Origin: a virus
Lineage: Duplodnaviria > Caudoviricetes
DNA: 64,000 bases
Strand: one strand, 5' to 3'
IMG/VR virus record: IMGVR_UViG_3300023174_000037
Each line of letters begins with the position of its first letter. The stretch's first letter is position 1. This document shows positions 53,916 to 63,712 of this stretch, one piece after another. The notes beneath the pieces were generated by a model. The model saw only the letters and a list, made by a program, of their open reading frames with translations, was not told the origin of the DNA and ran no database searches. The position numbers were made by a program, and so were the translations under genes.

Positions 53916-54317
53916 TTATTCGTTGGATTTATTAGGAATGTAAACAGCATCGCTGTGTGTGTCATCAAGTGGACGATCAGGTTCGTCTGACACTAGTAAT
54001 ATATCCTTTGGATCAATTTTACGAATGGTCACTTTATGGTCGGTGGTGCCATCATCGATATCAATACCTCTGGTCCAGCGCCCATGTGCCACCATAATCC
54101 ATTGACCTACTCGAACATCTGTTTGTTTTGGGCCCACTGCATATACACGACCCCAACGCGGACGAATACCTAAACTGGTTCCATCATCGTTTGGAATGAT
54201 AATGCCTCCTCGACTCAGTCGAGTATCAAATTCCATGTCAGCTACTAGCACATTATCTTGTAGTGCTTTGATTCGATCTTGTGTAATTTTGTGTGGTTCA
54301 AATGCTGCTTTAGTCAT
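53916..54317 (-). CDS. groES: GroES co-chaperonin
   Basis: IKALQDNVLV, GGIIIP, GRVYAVGP, VRVGQ, DILLV. Confidence 0.85.
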   Translation of the reverse strand: MTKAAFEPHKITQDRIKALQDNVLVADMEFDTRLSRGGIIIPNDDGTSLGIRPRWGRVYAVGPKQTDVRVGQWIMVAHGRWTRGIDIDDGTTDHKVTIRKIDPKDILLVSDEPDRPLDDTHSDAVYIPNKSNE

Positions 54318-54326
54318 AGGGTCCTC

Positions 54327-54845
54327 TTAAATTCGTCTTACGCCCTGTGCTTGTGCTTGTTGGCGACGTGTTTTTTCTAATTCTTGTTTGACTTCTCTAG
54401 TGCGGGCAATAGCGCCAGCTAGGCCTCCGCCCTGAGCAGGAGCCGTGGATGGAGTGTCTGACTGTTCTTGATTTACCACTGATTCTGGCACAAGTTCAGG
54501 TTCTTCTTTGGCCACAACCAAGTCTTCCATAAACGGATCTGGTTCTGTTTCGTCTAATGGAAGATCTGAAAAGCTGTCAGCGGGGTCAACCATTGGCTGT
54601 TGTACCTGCGCCTTGGCTGAATTTGTGCTTGATTGTGTAGGTCCAGCAGATACATTGGTTTGTTTGTTGTATCTACGTTGCACTTGTTGATTTTTTGGCT
54701 CAACTACTTTGTTGTTGCTATCCAAACGATCACCGCGAGCATTTACATTCATGTTGCCCACAGCCCGAACTCTTTCGTTTTGCAATAACAATGATCCCAT
54801 GTCTACTGATTTACCCATGGCCGATTTGTAAATTTTGCGTGTCAT
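54327..54845 (-). CDS. hypothetical protein
   Basis: 172 aa with AAGGA RBS and an upstream TAAATA. Confidence 0.8.
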   Translation of the reverse strand: MTRKIYKSAMGKSVDMGSLLLQNERVRAVGNMNVNARGDRLDSNNKVVEPKNQQVQRRYNKQTNVSAGPTQSSTNSAKAQVQQPMVDPADSFSDLPLDETEPDPFMEDLVVAKEEPELVPESVVNQEQSDTPSTAPAQGGGLAGAIARTREVKQELEKTRRQQAQAQGVRRI

Positions 54846-54872
54846 TTTAATTTCCTTAACATATATCTGTAT

Positions 54873-55415
54873 TTAACGTAAAAACTCGCGGCAGTCTAAT
54901 TTATAGTATAAACTGTCAACCCGATGAACACCTAATTTGTATAATACGTAACTGGCTACGCTACTGCCACGGCCTACACCCCAAATAACACTGTTATCAG
55001 TCATGACATCTACTAGATATTTTAAATAACGTAACAGATCAAACAAATTGCGTTCTTGATACAGCAACAATTCTTCACCACACCTTTGTAATTCAACTTC
55101 AGAACTGCACAGTCCAAGTATATGCGCCGCAATATCTAAATTTTTATACTTCTCGGGCATGTGCCACATCAACTGTTGGCTGGCATGAAATTCTGGTACT
55201 GATGTTTCTTTATTGTATGGGAATGTCCAAGTTAACAATGATTCTGGCCGTTCAACGTGCATGACCAATTCTTCAATGTTTACACTAGGGTCAACAACCA
55301 AATGCTTTAGAGAATCAACACTGCGACCTTGCATGAGCAAGTCGCACACATCGTGTTCTGAAAAAACTAGTTCACCAAATTTATTTTGTTTCATTGGGTT
55401 GTTTAAAATCTGCAA
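54873..55415 (-). CDS. stand-alone DNA polymerase III alpha (DnaE) fragment
   Basis: GVGRGSSVASYVLYKLGVHRVD matches DnaE GPGRGSxAGSLVAYxLGITxVD; ends at EFLR. Confidence 0.8.
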   Translation of the reverse strand: MQILNNPMKQNKFGELVFSEHDVCDLLMQGRSVDSLKHLVVDPSVNIEELVMHVERPESLLTWTFPYNKETSVPEFHASQQLMWHMPEKYKNLDIAAHILGLCSSEVELQRCGEELLLYQERNLFDLLRYLKYLVDVMTDNSVIWGVGRGSSVASYVLYKLGVHRVDSLYYKLDCREFLR

Positions 55416-55995
55416 ACACTACAACATTACCAGGAGAGCCTTCGTCGCTGAGCGTGTCTGACCACGCCAACTCTAACTCTCGCCAATCTGTGCTTGGTTG
55501 TATAGACAATACTTTTTCGGACTTATTTGCCAACACAAAATCACTGTGAATCAAATCTGGGCTAGTCCACCAGCCTGGTTGCGTGTATCCGGACGTATTT
55601 TCAAAATCAGAATGTAGATATGTCATGTTGGCGCCATAGGTGCTGGATATTTCAGTTTCTACAATAATCATACGTTCTTCTGTAATGGCATTTAGTTTGT
55701 AGTATAACATTATGCCCACCAGTTGGTCAACTGGATCATTTGGCATGGTTGTAATGCTAAGACCAGCTTTGGAAAAAAGAGTGCATTGTGCTTTTTGATT
55801 ACTGTTGATAAAAATAGTATTGTCAATTTGGCTGTAGATAAAATACTTAATTCGTTCAAACGAAATAGTTTGATCAACAGAGTTTTCACTATTGGTGGTC
55901 ATCCACAATCTAAGATTGTAGTTGTTCATGATCAGTTTGCTGTCATGATATATACCCGCGGTAAATTGTATGTCGTGTTTGAGTCTAACGTTCAT
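55381..55995 (-). CDS. hypothetical protein (possible degenerate T-fold)
   Basis: 204 aa; spacing reminiscent of QueD/PTPS but without the metal histidines. Confidence 0.7.
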   Translation of the reverse strand: MNVRLKHDIQFTAGIYHDSKLIMNNYNLRLWMTTNSENSVDQTISFERIKYFIYSQIDNTIFINSNQKAQCTLFSKAGLSITTMPNDPVDQLVGIMLYYKLNAITEERMIIVETEISSTYGANMTYLHSDFENTSGYTQPGWWTSPDLIHSDFVLANKSEKVLSIQPSTDWRELELAWSDTLSDEGSPGNVVVFADFKQPNETK

Positions 55996-56213
55996 GATAT
56001 GTCAATTACGCCGTCGAAGTTAGTGTCGGTATTGCGTCGAATTTTTTCTTGGTATTTGTTTTGGTGGCTTTCAATTGCCATCCTGAGTTGATTGCACAAA
56101 TCATGGTTGCCCATGCCATAGGCTATGCCTAATTTGCGGCTCAGTTCGGTAATTTTTTCTAGCAGTTGTTCGGGTGTGAAATCTTCTAAACTGCCAATTA
56201 AAGGATGTTCCAT
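55992..56213 (-). CDS. hypothetical protein
   Basis: 73 aa ORF under a sigma70 promoter. Confidence 0.75.
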   Translation of the reverse strand: MEHPLIGSLEDFTPEQLLEKITELSRKLGIAYGMGNHDLCNQLRMAIESHQNKYQEKIRRNTDTNFDGVIDIS

Positions 56214-56219
56214 ATACCT

Positions 56220-56248
56220 ATTGTATATGATTAGTCAACAAAGGTCAA
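56220..56248 (-). promoter_or_regulatory. sigma70-type promoter
   Basis: TTGACC-17 nt-TACAAT. Confidence 0.7.
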
Positions 56249-56258
56249 CCAGTTTTGG

Positions 56259-57167
56259 TTAGGCAAATATGCAACCGTTGTTGCCAATACAGAACCATTT
56301 GCTTGCGGCAATATTGGCAACGTTGCTGTTGATATATTGCAGTGTGCAAGCATCACCGATGTCGTTGAATGTGATATTTCCAGTGCCAGAAGTTTTCCAG
56401 CCTGCATTGCTGACAGTAATAACCATATTGCCGCTGTCGGCATACATGGCAAAAGTTTTGATTTGCCCAGGAACACCTGGCAGTAATTGAGCTGTGGTTG
56501 CGGCCACTGTGCTAAAGAAGCTGGTAGTCACTGCGGCATTGACGTTTGCTGTGTCGGTTAGATTTTCACTACTGTTGTTAAATGGTTGTAAAACTTTGTT
56601 GACTTCTCTAACTGTGATAGTGGTTCCGCCGTTGGCAGTTGAAAATTCAAAACTGTAAACACCAGTAGCAGCAAACGAAATAGTATTGGTTGAAGTGTTA
56701 AGCCCTTGTATTCCTACATTGTTCACTGTAACTGCGGCCGGCAATATCAAAGTATGAATTGTGTTGGCCACTGTGACTTGAACAACTACAGAAGCAGCCG
56801 CACCAGAGGCTGGAAAATTAGTAAAACTTAGACTTACAGCACCATTGGTTGTTAGGGTTTGATAACTGGCCAACGCATAATTAATAACTGTTGTTCCGCT
56901 TACTGTGCCTAGGGCCAGTGTAGCATCAGCCATATTAGACAATAATGCATTGGATAAAGGACTGCCTAACATGTTGTTGTCTAGCACAGTTCCAGTTAAG
57001 GCTTGTTTTAATACTGCTGTGGCTTGAAGATCTGAAATTTCGTCGGCTGCAAACGTAAAATTATTTGCAGTGTTTGTGAAATTATCACGAAATCCTTGCG
57101 AATTATTGTCCTGCCCAGCTACTGGGTAAGCACCGTTAATGTTGTTTGGGTTAATTGCACTTGTCAT
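56259..57167 (-). CDS. virion structural protein (tail/baseplate-associated), putative
   Basis: Thr/Ala/Asn-rich beta protein; DNNSQGFRDNF N-terminus; in the structural block. Confidence 0.7.
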   Translation of the reverse strand: MTSAINPNNINGAYPVAGQDNNSQGFRDNFTNTANNFTFAADEISDLQATAVLKQALTGTVLDNNMLGSPLSNALLSNMADATLALGTVSGTTVINYALASYQTLTTNGAVSLSFTNFPASGAAASVVVQVTVANTIHTLILPAAVTVNNVGIQGLNTSTNTISFAATGVYSFEFSTANGGTTITVREVNKVLQPFNNSSENLTDTANVNAAVTTSFFSTVAATTAQLLPGVPGQIKTFAMYADSGNMVITVSNAGWKTSGTGNITFNDIGDACTLQYINSNVANIAASKWFCIGNNGCIFA

Positions 57168-57213
57168 ATGTATTCCTAATTTATCCTATAATATTTATCA
57201 AACTCTAGCAGGG

Positions 57214-57660
57214 TTAAGAATAATAACTCAATGTTATAGTTCCGCTGCCACCGGTGCTGTTAACAGCGCCACCGTTTGACCCAGTGGATTGAACTCCACC
57301 TGTGGGTATTAAACAAGCTCCATTTTCTCCAGAATAGCCGCCGTTGTCGCCGCCAAGAAGTCCGCCACCAGCACCGCCATTTTGACCTCCACCACCACCA
57401 CCGCCACCAGCACCGTCACCACTGCCTCTACCTTGTCCGTAAGCACCGTAAGTGGTTCCAGCAGTTCCAGGGTTATTTTGGTTGGGTTGGCCGGGACTAA
57501 ACTGTCCGCCACCTCCGCCGCCGCCACCTCCACCGGCCACAGCTCGAGCTACAGTGTTAATAAAAACAACAGACGCTTGACCACCTCCGCCACCTCCACC
57601 ACTGTAGCCAGATCCACCAAAACTTCCACCTAATCCACCTCTATAATCTGATCCGGGCAT
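57214..57660 (-). CDS. glycine-rich tail-associated protein (C-terminal half of a Gly-rich domain)
   Basis: GGGGG tracts, ends GTITLSYY; has its own AAGGA RBS. Confidence 0.7.
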   Translation of the reverse strand: MPGSDYRGGLGGSFGGSGYSGGGGGGGQASVVFINTVARAVAGGGGGGGGGGQFSPGQPNQNNPGTAGTTYGAYGQGRGSGDGAGGGGGGGGQNGGAGGGLLGGDNGGYSGENGACLIPTGGVQSTGSNGGAVNSTGGSGTITLSYYS

Positions 57661-57669
57661 ATTTAATCC

Positions 57670-57873
57670 TTATTGATTTTTAATTTTCCAGGCATCGTAT
57701 GCTTGAATAATTGGATCATCGCCCTGTGGTATGCCGCTGACAATATAAGCCAACAATGGTGCATTGGGCACAATCTTTATTAAGATAGTTGCGTAGTCAG
57801 TTAACATACGGAATAAACTGGCTTGTTCGTTTTCGGTCAATGCCAATGCATTTTGTGTTAGTGTATCTATCAT
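57670..57873 (-). CDS. hypothetical protein
   Basis: 67 aa; ATGA-coupled to the upstream gene. Confidence 0.65.
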   Translation of the reverse strand: MIDTLTQNALALTENEQASLFRMLTDYATILIKIVPNAPLLAYIVSGIPQGDDPIIQAYDAWKIKNQ

Positions 57874-58814
57874 GGTTTCTTACCTTCGATTAATCGTCCC
57901 AGCTCAGCCACAAGTTTAAGTAGAACAAACACTGGAATCAACATGGCGCCTTTGACAAATCCTGCGGGCTGTTTGCTTGGTCCAAATATTCGTTGCCATA
58001 CACCCACTGCTTTACAAATAGGAGTACCAACAGCCATTATGGCTTTACCTGTGTTGTTGGGCAATAGACTTTCGCCCATTTGATAGGCCATTTCTTCTGC
58101 CCACGGAGTGGCAATATCTTGTGCCCACCGAGTGGACCAAGATTTAGCTGCTTGACTAAATGCTTCATCTGTCATCCACGGCATCATCTTGGGCCCTCGA
58201 CCATCCATCCAATCGACTACAATTTCTGCCCATGCACGATAGCCGTTATAGATGTCTGGACTGCGTGTAACTAGTTTGGCACCAAAGGCTTGATCAGCTA
58301 GATATATTTCTTTACTCATCAGCCCAAGTTCATATAACTTGGTGCAGATAATCTTGCCACCACCACCACCGCCTCCACCTCCACCTCCGGAGCCCCCAGG
58401 GCCACCACCAATGCCTACAAAAGCATTGATGAGATCTCCTGCAGCAGCTGGTATAGATCCTCCGGTGACGGTCTGTCCTGGATAACCTACATAACCGGGT
58501 TGACTATCAGGACCACCGCCGCCACCGCCTCCACCAGTCATTGATACAATGTTTAGTGTGCCAACAAAAGTTTCTGGCAATACTATAAAATTATCTCCAG
58601 CTGTAGAAAATGTCACAGTGGTCAGTGTTGTTCTTTTAGCACCATAAAAATCTGTAATACTTATAGGACCAGAAGTTGGAACATTGGGTGCATAATCTGT
58701 TAGCAGAACATATGATCCGCCTTTATAATATTCAGCGAGACGAGTTGGGGCAGCGCCGCCAAATTCTTGTTGTATATCCCAGAGACTTATAGGTCCTTCG
58801 GTTTGCAAGGCCAT
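57870..58814 (-). CDS. tail-fibre-associated Gly-rich protein with a C-terminal KIICT domain
   Basis: MALQTEGPISLWDIQQEFGG N-terminus, Gly-rich middle, abrupt switch to a helical domain at KIICTKLY. Confidence 0.75.
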   Translation of the reverse strand: MALQTEGPISLWDIQQEFGGAAPTRLAEYYKGGSYVLLTDYAPNVPTSGPISITDFYGAKRTTLTTVTFSTAGDNFIVLPETFVGTLNIVSMTGGGGGGGGPDSQPGYVGYPGQTVTGGSIPAAAGDLINAFVGIGGGPGGSGGGGGGGGGGGKIICTKLYELGLMSKEIYLADQAFGAKLVTRSPDIYNGYRAWAEIVVDWMDGRGPKMMPWMTDEAFSQAAKSWSTRWAQDIATPWAEEMAYQMGESLLPNNTGKAIMAVGTPICKAVGVWQRIFGPSKQPAGFVKGAMLIPVFVLLKLVAELGRLIEGKKP

Positions 58815-59815
58815 TACAATACTCCAGACGAAGTCACATTGCCTATGGTGGTGAAGTTGCCCTCTGAATCTATTTTGGCAACATTAAATCCATTGAAACT
58901 AAAATACAAAGTTGTGTCATTAGGAGTTATTGCCCAGCCGCCGGCTAGGTTAACTTCAGGAAGATTAGTGATGGTTCCGCCGGTAATAGCAACAGCATTG
59001 GCGTTCTGAGTGGCCATTGAGCCCAGGCCATTTATTCTATTATTGACAAATGCCGCAGTGGCCACTTCATTATTAACTGTTCCAGCTATAGGAGTTGGTG
59101 CAGTGACCGTGCCAACCAATTGAGTTGTTCCTGCTACTGATAAATTGGCACCAACGACAACGTTGCCTTGTGCTGATACAGTGCCTAACACACTTAAGGT
59201 GTTGGATCCTTTGTTATAGGTCAATCCGCCAACAGCATCAACGTTGCCAGCAGTGTTGAATAAAATTTGTGTGCTGGAACCAGGTGCTCCTGTGATATTT
59301 CCAACAATGTTTCCTTGGAAGTTGCCAACAAATAGGCCAGCGGTTACAATGTTACCTGTGGCTGAAACTATACCTTGTGCCACCACATTGCCTTGAGAAC
59401 TGATACTGCCGGTAGCAGTTATATTTCCGCCTGCATTAAGATTGCCACTAACTGATGCTGATGTGGTCGCTATATTGCCACCAGTGATGTTGCCTACAAC
59501 ACTGATCAATCCGGCTGTTAAAAAATTACCTCCAGTGACATTGCCAAATGCACTGACAATGCCACCTGTAGCAATGTTGCCTACTGCAATATTTCCAGTG
59601 ACCGATGCGCTTCCGGCTGTTCTTAAGTTTCCACCGGTGACATTACCAGTGACTGATAACGCAACCAGTGTGCCAAGTGATGTGATGTTTGGTTGTGCAG
59701 CATTGGCCACATTGCCAGCTGTGTTGGCAAAAGTAGGAGTAACAGCAAAGTTAGCATCTAACTGACTGAGTGGTATTGGACTTTGTTCATTGCCGAATGT
59801 GTATGGTACTGTCAT
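58814..59815 (-). CDS. tail fibre/spike-like repeat protein
   Basis: xGNVTGGN-type beta-helix repeats; N-terminus PLSQLDANF. Confidence 0.75.
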   Translation of the reverse strand: MTVPYTFGNEQSPIPLSQLDANFAVTPTFANTAGNVANAAQPNITSLGTLVALSVTGNVTGGNLRTAGSASVTGNIAVGNIATGGIVSAFGNVTGGNFLTAGLISVVGNITGGNIATTSASVSGNLNAGGNITATGSISSQGNVVAQGIVSATGNIVTAGLFVGNFQGNIVGNITGAPGSSTQILFNTAGNVDAVGGLTYNKGSNTLSVLGTVSAQGNVVVGANLSVAGTTQLVGTVTAPTPIAGTVNNEVATAAFVNNRINGLGSMATQNANAVAITGGTITNLPEVNLAGGWAITPNDTTLYFSFNGFNVAKIDSEGNFTTIGNVTSSGVL

Positions 59816-59825
59816 TTTTGCCTTG

Positions 59826-60890
59826 TTAAGTTAATGTAATATTACCCCAGGATACACCGTTGTAACCTTGATATGTATTACCAACCACTATTAACATACC
59901 AACAACTGGATTTGAAATGGCAGCATTGCGGGCAGTTGCATTAGCATATACAGGTAATTGGAAAGCTGTAGTTGCGGATATATTATTTCCGGTAATATTT
60001 CCTGCAACACTGACATTGCCAGGCATGGTCCAATTGCCATCAGTATCAAATGTTGTGACATACGTGGCGACATTGCCCAACCCACCTGGCGTTTGAGCAA
60101 TAGATATATTTTCTCCTGCTGCTATCACCAAAGAGTCCGGAAATGACACATAGTCCGGACCGGTGAATGTCAAGATACCGGTTGAAAATCTGCCGGGCAA
60201 CAATATTTCACTGCGTTTATTAAAGTTGGCAGCTGCACCAAGTAAACTTGATACTCCTAGAGCAGAGTAATCATTAAGAAAAGCCCATGCCAAGTCTGGA
60301 TCAGCCACGTTGGCTGACATAAGCAAATTACCAGTTGACGAATTGATGCTTACGCCATAAAAAGCTCCGGCACGAACATTACCAGTAACTGATAACGAAC
60401 TTAGTGTGCCAACCGTTGTGATATTTGGTTGTGAATTTGTGTATACTGTTCCAGCAACCAACGCATTGCCAACTTGTCCACTGACATTGGCACCTGCTAC
60501 TGCAAGTGCGGTGTTGGCCACATTGGCCAAAGCCACAGCACCCGACACATTGGCACCTGCTACTGAGTTGGCAGTGGTAGCGTAGGTCACTGCTCCTACC
60601 ACATTGGCACCTGCTACTGAGTTGGCAGTGGTAGCGTAGGTCACTGCTCCTACCACATTGGCACCTGGAATATTGGTCAAAGCGTTTCCGTTGCCAATGT
60701 ATTGAGTGCTGGTAACTGATCCGTTTACTGTTAACGAAGTTAAATTGCCAACCGATGTAATATTTGGTTGTGCCGCAAAAACTACAATATTAGCCGTAGA
60801 GACGTTGTTGGCAACATACGCAAAATTAGCGTCGAGCTCTGCGGCCGGAACCCTACCGCTGGCATTGGCAAAAGTAAAAGGAACAGTCAT
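59826..60890 (-). CDS. tail fibre/spike-like repeat protein (paralogue of its neighbour)
   Basis: MTVPFTF...AELDANF and AQPNITSVG shared with 58814-59815. Confidence 0.75.
   Translation of the reverse strand: MTVPFTFANASGRVPAAELDANFAYVANNVSTANIVVFAAQPNITSVGNLTSLTVNGSVTSTQYIGNGNALTNIPGANVVGAVTYATTANSVAGANVVGAVTYATTANSVAGANVSGAVALANVANTALAVAGANVSGQVGNALVAGTVYTNSQPNITTVGTLSSLSVTGNVRAGAFYGVSINSSTGNLLMSANVADPDLAWAFLNDYSALGVSSLLGAAANFNKRSEILLPGRFSTGILTFTGPDYVSFPDSLVIAAGENISIAQTPGGLGNVATYVTTFDTDGNWTMPGNVSVAGNITGNNISATTAFQLPVYANATARNAAISNPVVGMLIVVGNTYQGYNGVSWGNITLT
60547..60667. repeat. exact 54 bp tandem repeat (2.2 copies) in a tail gene
   Basis: acattggcacctgctactgagttggcagtggtagcgtaggtcactgctcctacc at 60547 and 60601, partial copy at 60655. 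Confidence 0.95.
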
Positions 60891-60919
60891 TTATATCCTA
60901 TTTGGTGTTAAGTTAATAT

Positions 60920-63709
60920 TTATACATTTCCGCTGACCCATATAAACTCGTAGTCTGACGAATTTACCCATATGAGAGATTGATTAGCATTGTTAATCCA
61001 GTCAATTGCGCTGACTTGGTTGATAGGACTTAGAATATTACGTCTCGGGAACAACAAATATCGGTCGTATATATCAGTGTTGGAATACATGTCAACTGGT
61101 GCAGTAAATTGCATACTTCCTCCATCAAATGTAGTTCCTGGCGGAGTAGCATAGGTCCAGTTGGCTAAAGTAAAGTTATCATCGGCCCAGGTAGTTATGA
61201 TGTTTTCATCATTGATCCATCGAGCAACATCCCTACCATTTGAAGACCAATATGCAGTGTCAGTGGGCAGTGTACCAGGAGTAGTGGCGGCCAAACAAAC
61301 ATACAGTTTGTTAATTCTAACGTCGCCTTGAATGGTTTGATATTGCACAACGTCACCCATTTGGTAAGTTGTTGTGTATGAGAATACGGGCAAGCCGATA
61401 ATGTCAAAAGTGGTCAAACTAGGCGGATGTGGAGGACCCCAATATTGTTCTTCACGGTCCCAATTCTTAGTCAGTAAATTATCTAATTCATATCGATCTA
61501 CTTTGAAGTCGATTGTATTGAGTTTTTCAGCAAAGTCTTGTCCAATGTAATAGGCCAACTGTTCTCCGCGTCCGGGTTTGGCATAAGCAATAACCCAAGC
61601 AGGAGTAAAACCCAGTGTTTGACCATTGGCTTGTTTGCAAATCATCCATAATGGTAACACATTTGAAATTTGTCCCACTGTATCAATTACCTGATCTCGC
61701 ATGTTGATCAAACTGTTGGGATACACTGTAGTAATTCCAGCAGCGGGTCCAGTGCCCACAGTGTACGGTAGCGTGACTTCTTTGCTGACACTTTCACCTT
61801 GAGCATTGACCAAATCATCAATGATTCGACTGTATACCACTTCGTAGATAACTGCGCCCGTGCTGTCAACAGCTTGGGCAACTTCAATTGACCCCAGCAC
61901 AAGATTTTTCCAATAATGATTGATATCCAAACTGCTTACATAAGCATCTATAGTGTCTGCTTGTAGACCATACGCATGATAATACTTGACATTTTTTGCA
62001 ATACCAAAATTTGGATCAGTTGGACGGTATATCAAATCCTGTTGGAAAATATCTGAATTTTGTAGTAATCCATTTATGATAACACGATCGTCGAGTGGAG
62101 GCATGGCCAAAATATACAAATTGTCATAGGGTTCATTGTAGGCACGATTGACTGTGATTGAAAATGTGTTGTTTGAATTGATCAATCCATCTGTGCTGTA
62201 TGCGTTGACTGTGAAAGAACAAACCAAATCAAAAGTAGTGGTGCTTTTATCAAACGTAGTGGTGCCCATGTCCAAGGCAAAAGTATTAAAACTCGCCCGA
62301 CCAGCAATTTCACCGGTGGGCAACAATTGTAAACCTTGTGGTAGTCGACTATCACTGCCAGACAACAATTGATACTGTAGTGCTACACCGCTTCTACTTA
62401 CAGCGGCCACATAAAAAGTGCTGGTAGCTCCGTTGTCAATCGTGCCGAGATTGTCAGGAACCAACCAAGTTATATCAGCACTCACTGGACCAGTCACAGT
62501 TAATGAATAAGCATAGGGTGGACTCAGTACCTCTGTGATTGCTGTGAATGTCAGTCCTGCTGTTGTTCCAACAGTGGTATCAATAGGCAAGCCGCCTGGA
62601 GATGGTGACAGTGTAAAGGTAGTCGATGCATTGGTATTAATTATATAATACGAGGTTGGGTTGGAATATCCTGTAATGGTTCCTGTTCCAGTGTTGGTTC
62701 CACTTATTACAACTTCTTGCCCAACTACTAACGGAGTAGGGTTACAAGTGAATTGTCCGTTGACGCCATCAATTGCCACGCCCGAGTAGGCCGACTCCAA
62801 TATCAAATTAAGACGAATATTAAAAGAGTAGGTTTGGAAATTAACACCCAATGGAGGGATTGTTCCATATAACCATCCTGAGTTTGGGTCTAGTGTTAGA
62901 CCCGGTAATGCTTGGTCTATCAAGTATTCAAACGGAGCACCACTTAGGCTAACGCCGTTGAACTGGAAAGCAAAAAAGTTATCTCCGCGAGTTGATCCTA
63001 TCGACCCTTGTGGCGTCAATAGGACAGGAATAATTATTGGAGTTCCGTCTGCTGTGATAAACGTGTTGTCAGCAGTGTCAAATGTGTTGTCAGCAGAAAG
63101 ATAAGATCTGGTCCAGACATAGATGCTGAATGCTCTTAGTGCAGTGCCGCCTACCCTGCCATCCGACAACTCTAATGTAAATGAGTAATTGATATTTTCA
63201 CTGCTAAGTGCTATAAGACCAGAAATTTTACCACGAGCGTCTATAGACAAACCTGGAGGTAAACTGCCTGACGCAAGTCGAACCACTGTTGCATCGGGTC
63301 CTGTATAGTCTATTTGTAAGTCTGTGACCAAGGTAGCATCAAAGAACTGGGCTATTTGTCCCGGTGGCGTATTAAATATCGGTACGTTGGTATCAGTTAC
63401 TTCAAGTATAAATGTTCTATCGGCAAGTCGATTTACAACTGGTCCAACTCGTGTAAATGCTCTTACAGCAAATTTACTAGTGGTGTCAGCTGACACATCG
63501 GCCGGAACACCTTGTATTGTGGCTCGTGCATTAGGAATACCGGTTATAATACCAGTGTCGTCAATTTGCATTCCATTGGGCAAGGCGCCAGCTATCAGTT
63601 GATAATACACTGTATCAGTGGCCGTGGCCACTAGTGGAATCTGGTAGAACACACCTTCCGGTATAGTTCCTAGAATCCCCGCAGGTGTTTGCCAGACCGG
63701 TTGTGCCAT
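60920..63709 (-). CDS. large structural protein with putative Ig/cadherin-like repeats (baseplate wedge-like)
   Basis: Repeated G-x-LP-x-GL-x-L-x-x-x-G-x-I-x-G motifs; located in the structural block. Confidence 0.7.
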   Translation of the reverse strand: MAQPVWQTPAGILGTIPEGVFYQIPLVATATDTVYYQLIAGALPNGMQIDDTGIITGIPNARATIQGVPADVSADTTSKFAVRAFTRVGPVVNRLADRTFILEVTDTNVPIFNTPPGQIAQFFDATLVTDLQIDYTGPDATVVRLASGSLPPGLSIDARGKISGLIALSSENINYSFTLELSDGRVGGTALRAFSIYVWTRSYLSADNTFDTADNTFITADGTPIIIPVLLTPQGSIGSTRGDNFFAFQFNGVSLSGAPFEYLIDQALPGLTLDPNSGWLYGTIPPLGVNFQTYSFNIRLNLILESAYSGVAIDGVNGQFTCNPTPLVVGQEVVISGTNTGTGTITGYSNPTSYYIINTNASTTFTLSPSPGGLPIDTTVGTTAGLTFTAITEVLSPPYAYSLTVTGPVSADITWLVPDNLGTIDNGATSTFYVAAVSRSGVALQYQLLSGSDSRLPQGLQLLPTGEIAGRASFNTFALDMGTTTFDKSTTTFDLVCSFTVNAYSTDGLINSNNTFSITVNRAYNEPYDNLYILAMPPLDDRVIINGLLQNSDIFQQDLIYRPTDPNFGIAKNVKYYHAYGLQADTIDAYVSSLDINHYWKNLVLGSIEVAQAVDSTGAVIYEVVYSRIIDDLVNAQGESVSKEVTLPYTVGTGPAAGITTVYPNSLINMRDQVIDTVGQISNVLPLWMICKQANGQTLGFTPAWVIAYAKPGRGEQLAYYIGQDFAEKLNTIDFKVDRYELDNLLTKNWDREEQYWGPPHPPSLTTFDIIGLPVFSYTTTYQMGDVVQYQTIQGDVRINKLYVCLAATTPGTLPTDTAYWSSNGRDVARWINDENIITTWADDNFTLANWTYATPPGTTFDGGSMQFTAPVDMYSNTDIYDRYLLFPRRNILSPINQVSAIDWINNANQSLIWVNSSDYEFIWVSGNV

Positions 63710-63712
63710 AGT

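Noticed and set aside
57670-58400. Split intein between the KIICT domain and the downstream ORFs
   Set aside because: No HN-[CST] junction at the start of the resumed Gly-rich ORF and no recognisable Hint blocks.
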